Of a stretch of DNA of 44,438 nt, positions 40,101-44,438 are shown piece after piece. The stretch is from Rhodanobacter sp. (GTDB taxonomy: Bacteria > Pseudomonadota > Gammaproteobacteria > Xanthomonadales > Rhodanobacteraceae). The position numbers and the translations under genes are program-made. Every line of letters begins with the position of its first letter. The stretch's first letter is position 1. The DNA lies in contig DATCWU010000173.1 in the NCBI GenBank assembly GCA_036566165.1, positions 1 through 44,438 on the forward strand. The letters run 5' to 3'. The notes beneath the pieces were generated by a model. The model did no database searches. It saw only the letters and a list, made by a program, of their open reading frames with translations, and was not told where the DNA came from.

Positions 40101-43100
40101 TTGAGCCTGCACCCGTCCTGGCCAAGCGACGTCATTGATGCCTGCGGACGCGGACTGCAGTACTTGGAAAAGCATCGCCAACTGTTGGGCCCACTGGCCG
40201 AACCTTGGCCACAGGCAACCATGGCAGCCTTGAACAAGGGTCTTGCTTTACTCGCCCGGCTCGACCAATGCGGGGAAAACCTGTCCGTCGGCTATACCGA
40301 TGATGTCGATCGACTTGATATCCCCGCCCTGCGGGAAGAGTGGGCGCGTGCCGAACAGTCGGTCTGGCCGAAATCATGGCTGATCAAGCGTCGTATCACG
40401 GCCCACCTGTCCGCCACCACCACCGGCAGCGGGAAACCCGATGTCGCCAAGGACCTTGCCACTTGGGTCGATATCCGCCAACTGCGTGTCAGGATCACCG
40501 AACTCAACCCAGGTACCGAAACAACTGACGTCTGGAAGGGTCTGGACAGCAAGCCGCAATACATTCGCAGCGCCCTGCGTCTGCAGCCCGCGCTGGCTGC
40601 TGCCCGTCAGCAAATGGCGTGGGAAGACCGCGGTTTCGAGACCGTTGCCGACGGCCACTGCGGTCAACGTTGGCGTGGCGAGCTGGCACGCATGCGCGCA
40701 CTGCGCCTGCTGGAAAGGGAGATCGGCAAGCTCGCGCCACTGGAGGCTGCCACGGCATCGCTGTGGTCAGGGCTCGCCACCGCCGGAGACAAGCTTCGCG
40801 CGGCGCTGACGTTCCAGGACGAACTGCGTAACTTGCGCGACGAAGGTAGGCTGGGCCACGCTCACGACACCATCGGGCGTGGGGAAGGTGGCGCCGCCAT
40901 GGCCGCCGACTGGAGAGTGCTAAACGAACGCTCGCAGGTTGAAAAATCGCTGCGCGAACTCGACGATCTTCGTGACGTGACGGCCGGACTCTGGAACGGA
41001 CGGCATACCAAGCCGGGGGATGTGGCGGACGCGGCGGATTTTCACACGCGCGTCACCGCCGTCGTCGCAGGCCTTGCCACGACGGCTGAGCAACTTGCTC
41101 CGATCAATGAAGCGCTTACGCACTTGCTCGGCGAGGCCAACGGTCTGCTGGAGCTGGGTGGTGTGATCGCTACCGAGGCGCACGCGCTGGTGGATGCGGC
41201 AGGACAACTGTCGCTGACGCTCACTAACTTGGCGACCGTCGGCTGTTTCACCGAAAGCGGTCGCACCCGGCTGAACGACATTCCACTTGCCGATGTGCTC
41301 CCGCTGTGCGAAGGCATTATCCGGTCGGCGCCCCGCCTGCAAGCGTGGTGCGCCTGGCGGCGCACCTGCGCCGAAGCAAGCAGTCTTGGCCTTGCACCGC
41401 TCGTTCGTGCCGTGGAAGACGGAGTCTTAGTTCCCTCCGACGCGCGCCGGAGTTTTGAAACCAACTACTGCCGCTGGTGGCTCAATGCCGTGGTGGATAA
41501 CGAGCCTGTGATCCGGGACTTCGTCAGTGCGGAACACGAGAAGCGCATCCGTGATTTCCGCGAGCTCGTCGAACGCTTCACCACCCTGACCCGTGACTGG
41601 CTTCGCGCCCGCCTATGCGCCGAATTGCCCGACCCGGAAAGCGTCGAGCGGGCCTCGGAATGGGGCACCCTGCGCCACGAGATCAACAAGAAATCTCGCC
41701 ATTTACCATTACGTGAACTGATATCGCGCACGCCTACGGCGCTAACTAAGCTCACGCCTTGCCTGTTGATGAGTCCGCTGTCGATCGCGCAGTATCTTCC
41801 GCCAGATGCCAGCGCGTTCGATCTGGTCGTTTTCGACGAAGCGTCGCAAATCCCGGTCTGGGATGCCATCGGTGCGATCGCGCGCGGCAAACAGGTAGTC
41901 ATGGTCGGTGATCCCAAGCAGTTGCCGCCTACCTCATTCTTCGACCGGGTGGGGGCGGAGACCGATCTGGAAGAGGACGATGAAGGCGACCTCGAAAGCA
42001 TCCTGGATGAATGCATTGGCGCCAACCTGCCCGTGCGTAATCTCAACTGGCACTATCGTAGCCGTCACGAAAGTCTCATTGCGTTCTCCAACCAGCGCTA
42101 CTACGACAGCAAACTGATTACCTTCCCATCTCCCGTCACCGATGATCGGGCCGTAAGCCTGCATCCCGTGCCGGGCATCTACGAGAAGGGCGCGTCACGC
42201 ACCAACCCCGTCGAGGCGAGGGCTCTAGTGGCCGATCTCGTCGCGCGTTTGAGCTCGCCGGGTTTCCGGGAAAGCCGGCTGACCATCGGCGTGGTCACGT
42301 TCAACGCGGAACAACAGCGCCTGATCGAGGACCTGCTCGACGAAGCGCGGCGACAGGACCCTTCACTCGAAGCGCATTTCGACGAGGCGGAACTGGAACC
42401 CGTATTTGTTAAGAACCTCGAAAGCGTGCAGGGTGACGAACGTGACATCATGTACTTCTCAATCACCTACGGCCCGGACCGTGCGGGACTGTTGTCGATG
42501 AATTTCGGGCCGCTCAACCGCCAGGGCGGCGAGCGACGTCTGAATGTTGCGATCACCCGGGCGCGCCAAGAACTCCGCGTATTCGCCAGCCTGCATCCCG
42601 AACAGATGGATCTGGCGCGCACCAACGCCATGGGAGTGCGCGATCTCAAGCAGTTCCTCGAGTTCGCCGCGCGGGGCCCGCGCGCCCTTGTCGAAGCCCC
42701 GCAGGGAAGTCGCGGCGGATACGACAGTCCCTTTGAGCAAGCCGTCGCCACCAAGTTGGCTGATCGCGGCTGGAACCTTCACACACAAATCGGGGCCTCG
42801 CAGTTTCGAATTGACCTGGGCGTCGTCGATCCCGACGCACCCGGCCACTATCTCGCGGGCATTGAGTGCGATGGCGCCACCTACCATCGCAGCGCGACCG
42901 CTCGCGACCGCGACAAACTGCGCGAGCAGGTCCTACGCGGTCTTGGTTGGGACATCCTGCGGATCTGGTCTACCGACTGGTGGATTGACCCGGCCCATGT
43001 CGTCTCACACATCGACAGTCGCCTGCGCGACCTGCTCGATCTCGCACGCGTGCGCCGCACCGAAGAAGCCGAGCGGATCAAGGCTGCACAGGAGGCCCGC

Positions 43101-43838
43101 GAGGAAGCTGCGCGCTTGGCAACTGAAGCCGTGCTTGAACAGGCCCGCGAAGCCGCGGAGCGTCAAACCGCGGCCACAGTGGCCGATCCCGCCGTGGCGC
43201 CTGGCGCCAGCCCGTCTGCAGGCGAAACGCCCCGAACACCCACAGTCGAAGCGGTCTATGCGAAGCCGGCGCCTACCGAGCCGCACGACTCATCGCCACA
43301 GGCAAGTAACGTATACGTCGAGGCTGACCCGAGCGAGGCCGTGGATCAAGTGGATGCCGAGCAGTTCTTCGCCGAGTCCTACACCCCCACGTTGACCCGA
43401 ATGATCACGCACGTCGTCAACCATGACGGTCCCATTCTCGACGGCGCCCTGGCTCGCCGTATCGCCCGGGCGCATGGCTGGCTCCGTACGGGGTCCCGCA
43501 TTCGCCAGCGTGTCACCCAAGTCGCGATCCAGGATCACCGGAGTTCGAACGAGGACGTTGGAACCTTCTTTTGGCCAAATGACCGTGATGCCGCTACGGG
43601 AATGCTGTTCCGCCGCCCAGCGGATGAGGACAACGTGCGTCCGGTCGACGAGATCTGTATTCAGGAGCTCACTTCGTTGGCTCGCGAAGTGGAAGCCAGC
43701 GGAAAATACGGTGAAGAGGCGCTATACGCCATGGCCCGTATTTTGGGGCTACAACAGCTCCGTGCCGCGAACAGAAGCAGGCTGGAGAAGGTGCTGTTGT
43801 CCAACCAAGCACTTGGCATGGAATCACCGTCTAGGTGA
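37170..43838 (+). CDS. Hhe-like giant protein: papain/transglutaminase-like N-terminus, DUF4011, SF1 helicase, Vsr-like nuclease, DUF3320 (putative anti-phage)
   Basis: WQRKLLDLSLRNNLLN (DUF4011); GPPGTGKSQT, FDEASQ, GDPKQLPP, VQGDERD and RLNVAITRAR (SF1 helicase); SPFE...RIDLGV...IECDGATYH...RIWSTDWW (nuclease); GPI....LARRIARAHGW.RTGSRI (DUF3320). Start placed at ATG 37170 or 37173. Confidence 0.88.
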   Translation: MMQGQEDELEPRVEPIRIEATLATKLNLAAFQNAVPVITGLAVVNDADTSLSNLELGVRSEPTFFQPKTWRIDELGPRARYQVPLPDITLDGSLLSRLTEAETATVSFVLRGTGTEADAIARCDVKLELLPRNQWGGLSNLPDLVAAFVQPNEPAVERLLKQASEVLRKNGKKSAIDGYAGGARHAWELISAIWSAVASMGLDYALPPASFEHSGQKIRSPERIAESGLATCMDSSLLFCSALEQAGLNPLLVFTRGHAYAGAWLKQEEFATTVVDDVTALRKRVRLKELVLFETTLVAQHPVPPFSYAVERADQQLAESNDENFELAVDIRRARMQRIKPLASAETLMQHAQAALADAPPVELDIEEAPDLPDESVTTVEVEPAALNPKDRLARWQRKLLDLSLRNNLLNFKEGKRALRLDVPDPAAFEDLLATNETLKLLAQPDLMNGADPRNQALYEEREREDVRRQHALDALRRREVFVSLPSQDLEVRLIELFRAARTSLQEGGANTLYVALGFLSWTRDDRADRRYRAPLILLPVALQRRSARSGFTLVLHDDEPRFNPTLIEMLRQDFQLGLGVAEGELPRDNAGLDVDRIWKSVELAIKDIKGWEVSREVVLSTFSFAKYLMWKDLAERADQLRGNSVVRHLLDTPRDRFDSSIPFPDSFHLDSEFTPSQVFCPLPTDSSQLSAVMAAARGKDFVLIGPPGTGKSQTIANLVAQSVAEGKRVLFVSQKIAALDVVYRRLREVKLGEFCLELHSSKARKADVLAQLSSAWEARGQADASVWRAQANHLAELRNALNRYVECLHRRYDNGWSIYDAIGQLSGGVNMARLDLSWPSFAVHDSATMARMRDVADRLEVNAQSVGHESLKLNALGAVGQTEWSPTWQQHAIDAAGQVLPAVRTVLQAVERFAQAIGLPCFVPDRRAMQAMEQLAQILPMAAGHDWRFVLRADARAIVARLQEGVELARRHYDLNLSLHPSWPSDVIDACGRGLQYLEKHRQLLGPLAEPWPQATMAALNKGLALLARLDQCGENLSVGYTDDVDRLDIPALREEWARAEQSVWPKSWLIKRRITAHLSATTTGSGKPDVAKDLATWVDIRQLRVRITELNPGTETTDVWKGLDSKPQYIRSALRLQPALAAARQQMAWEDRGFETVADGHCGQRWRGELARMRALRLLEREIGKLAPLEAATASLWSGLATAGDKLRAALTFQDELRNLRDEGRLGHAHDTIGRGEGGAAMAADWRVLNERSQVEKSLRELDDLRDVTAGLWNGRHTKPGDVADAADFHTRVTAVVAGLATTAEQLAPINEALTHLLGEANGLLELGGVIATEAHALVDAAGQLSLTLTNLATVGCFTESGRTRLNDIPLADVLPLCEGIIRSAPRLQAWCAWRRTCAEASSLGLAPLVRAVEDGVLVPSDARRSFETNYCRWWLNAVVDNEPVIRDFVSAEHEKRIRDFRELVERFTTLTRDWLRARLCAELPDPESVERASEWGTLRHEINKKSRHLPLRELISRTPTALTKLTPCLLMSPLSIAQYLPPDASAFDLVVFDEASQIPVWDAIGAIARGKQVVMVGDPKQLPPTSFFDRVGAETDLEEDDEGDLESILDECIGANLPVRNLNWHYRSRHESLIAFSNQRYYDSKLITFPSPVTDDRAVSLHPVPGIYEKGASRTNPVEARALVADLVARLSSPGFRESRLTIGVVTFNAEQQRLIEDLLDEARRQDPSLEAHFDEAELEPVFVKNLESVQGDERDIMYFSITYGPDRAGLLSMNFGPLNRQGGERRLNVAITRARQELRVFASLHPEQMDLARTNAMGVRDLKQFLEFAARGPRALVEAPQGSRGGYDSPFEQAVATKLADRGWNLHTQIGASQFRIDLGVVDPDAPGHYLAGIECDGATYHRSATARDRDKLREQVLRGLGWDILRIWSTDWWIDPAHVVSHIDSRLRDLLDLARVRRTEEAERIKAAQEAREEAARLATEAVLEQAREAAERQTAATVADPAVAPGASPSAGETPRTPTVEAVYAKPAPTEPHDSSPQASNVYVEADPSEAVDQVDAEQFFAESYTPTLTRMITHVVNHDGPILDGALARRIARAHGWLRTGSRIRQRVTQVAIQDHRSSNEDVGTFFWPNDRDAATGMLFRRPADEDNVRPVDEICIQELTSLAREVEASGKYGEEALYAMARILGLQQLRAANRSRLEKVLLSNQALGMESPSR

Positions 43839-43932
43839 GCGCCCGGAACGTGTGCCGGAAGATCTTTCGAGAGAGGGCGGACAAGCTTTTCTCCGACGGA
43901 CGTCTAGAGTTCTCACCTCTCGAGGCTATACG

Positions 43933-44080
43933 TTGTTGGAATCTTTATTATCCGGCTCGACTCCAATTTGCCGCGCGCACCGGGCTTGTTGGAATTTATT
44001 CGGCGTTAGCTAAGGCACTTTCATTGACCTGGGTCGCGCAACTGCGCGGCCCGTTGACACTTCTATTAGGTCTTACCACA
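43933..44080 (-). repeat. Distal transposon end with TnsB-type repeats
   Basis: Terminal 28-mer plus minus-strand copies GGATAATAAAGATTCCAAC (43935-43953), GCCGAATAAATTCCAAC (43988-44004) and a partial AAGTGCC near 44014. Confidence 0.75.
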
Positions 44081-44179
44081 GCGTGACAAGACCTGAGGGA
44101 AGGCCAAACCGGGTACCTCGCATGACCCGCCGGGTGGAAAGGATGACCTTGCGCCATCGTCACCGCCTGTAGACGACGA

Positions 44180-44438
44180 TCAAGAAGTGGTCACCTGGAT
44201 CCAGGTGGGCGCGTGATCGCTGGCTTTCTCTTGCAGCCGTACCCAGCGGTCCACACCCGCCTTGGTGAGGTTTTTCGCCAAGGCGCGATTGAGCAGGAGA
44301 TGATCGATCCGCAGTCCGCGATCTCTTTCGGCATGCTGCCGGAAGTAGTCCCAAAACGTATAAATCCGCTCCTCTCCCCACACCTGTCGCAACGAATCAG
44401 TCCAGCCCTGACCCAGCAGGCGCGCGTATGCCTGCCTC
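44180..44438 (-). CDS. xth: Exodeoxyribonuclease III family protein, C-terminal part (5' end outside window)
   Basis: GWTDSLR...YTFWDYF...GLRIDHLL...ASDHAPTWI; the frame stays open to the window edge. Confidence 0.88.
   Translation of the reverse strand, partial: RQAYARLLGQGWTDSLRQVWGEERIYTFWDYFRQHAERDRGLRIDHLLLNRALAKNLTKAGVDRWVRLQEKASDHAPTWIQVTTS

Larger units (their letters stand above)
36426..44080. mobile_element. Non-autonomous Tn7-like element (7,655 bp) at the glmS att site
   Basis: Terminal inverted repeats TGTGGTAAGACCTGCTCGAAGTGCCAAC (36426-36453) and reverse-complement TGTGGTAAGACCTAATAGAAGTGTCAAC (44053-44080), 24/28 identical. Extra internal copies; no tns genes; 5-bp flanks do not match. 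Confidence 0.8.

Noticed and set aside
43835-44086. 83-aa ORF overlapping the stop of the helicase gene
   Set aside because: It runs through the transposon-end repeats and across the terminus, and has no recognisable features.

Overview
High-GC gammaproteobacterial chromosome. Gene content and order suggest Xanthomonadales, probably Rhodanobacteraceae (inference). Bases 1-36404 are mostly core metabolism: a 2-oxoacid dehydrogenase operon; aromatic amino acid catabolism (kynA, POT transporter, MarR, hppD, hmgA, FAH family, distant maiA); an FNR-controlled low-oxygen/NO cluster (hemN, fnr, nnrS, membrane protein, tpx, group III truncated globin, azurin, fdxA) with five FNR-box promoters of near-identical geometry; glycolytic genes (gap, pyk, fba, tkt, pgk); pilU; cystathionine beta-synthase; and glmS. 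A 7,655-bp element (36426-44080) begins 22 bp after the glmS stop, at the Tn7 attachment position. It is bounded by 28-bp TGT...ACA inverted repeats with repeated TnsB-type sites. It encodes no transposase, only one ~2,220-aa Hhe-like DUF4011/SF1-helicase/nuclease/DUF3320 protein, so it looks like a non-autonomous mini-Tn7 defence cassette. A further end-like motif abuts it, followed by an xth fragment. A second highlight is a 51-nt in-frame, hairpin-forming, GGA-rich insertion in hmgA flanked by a GGCC direct repeat. No rRNA, tRNA or CRISPR array was seen.
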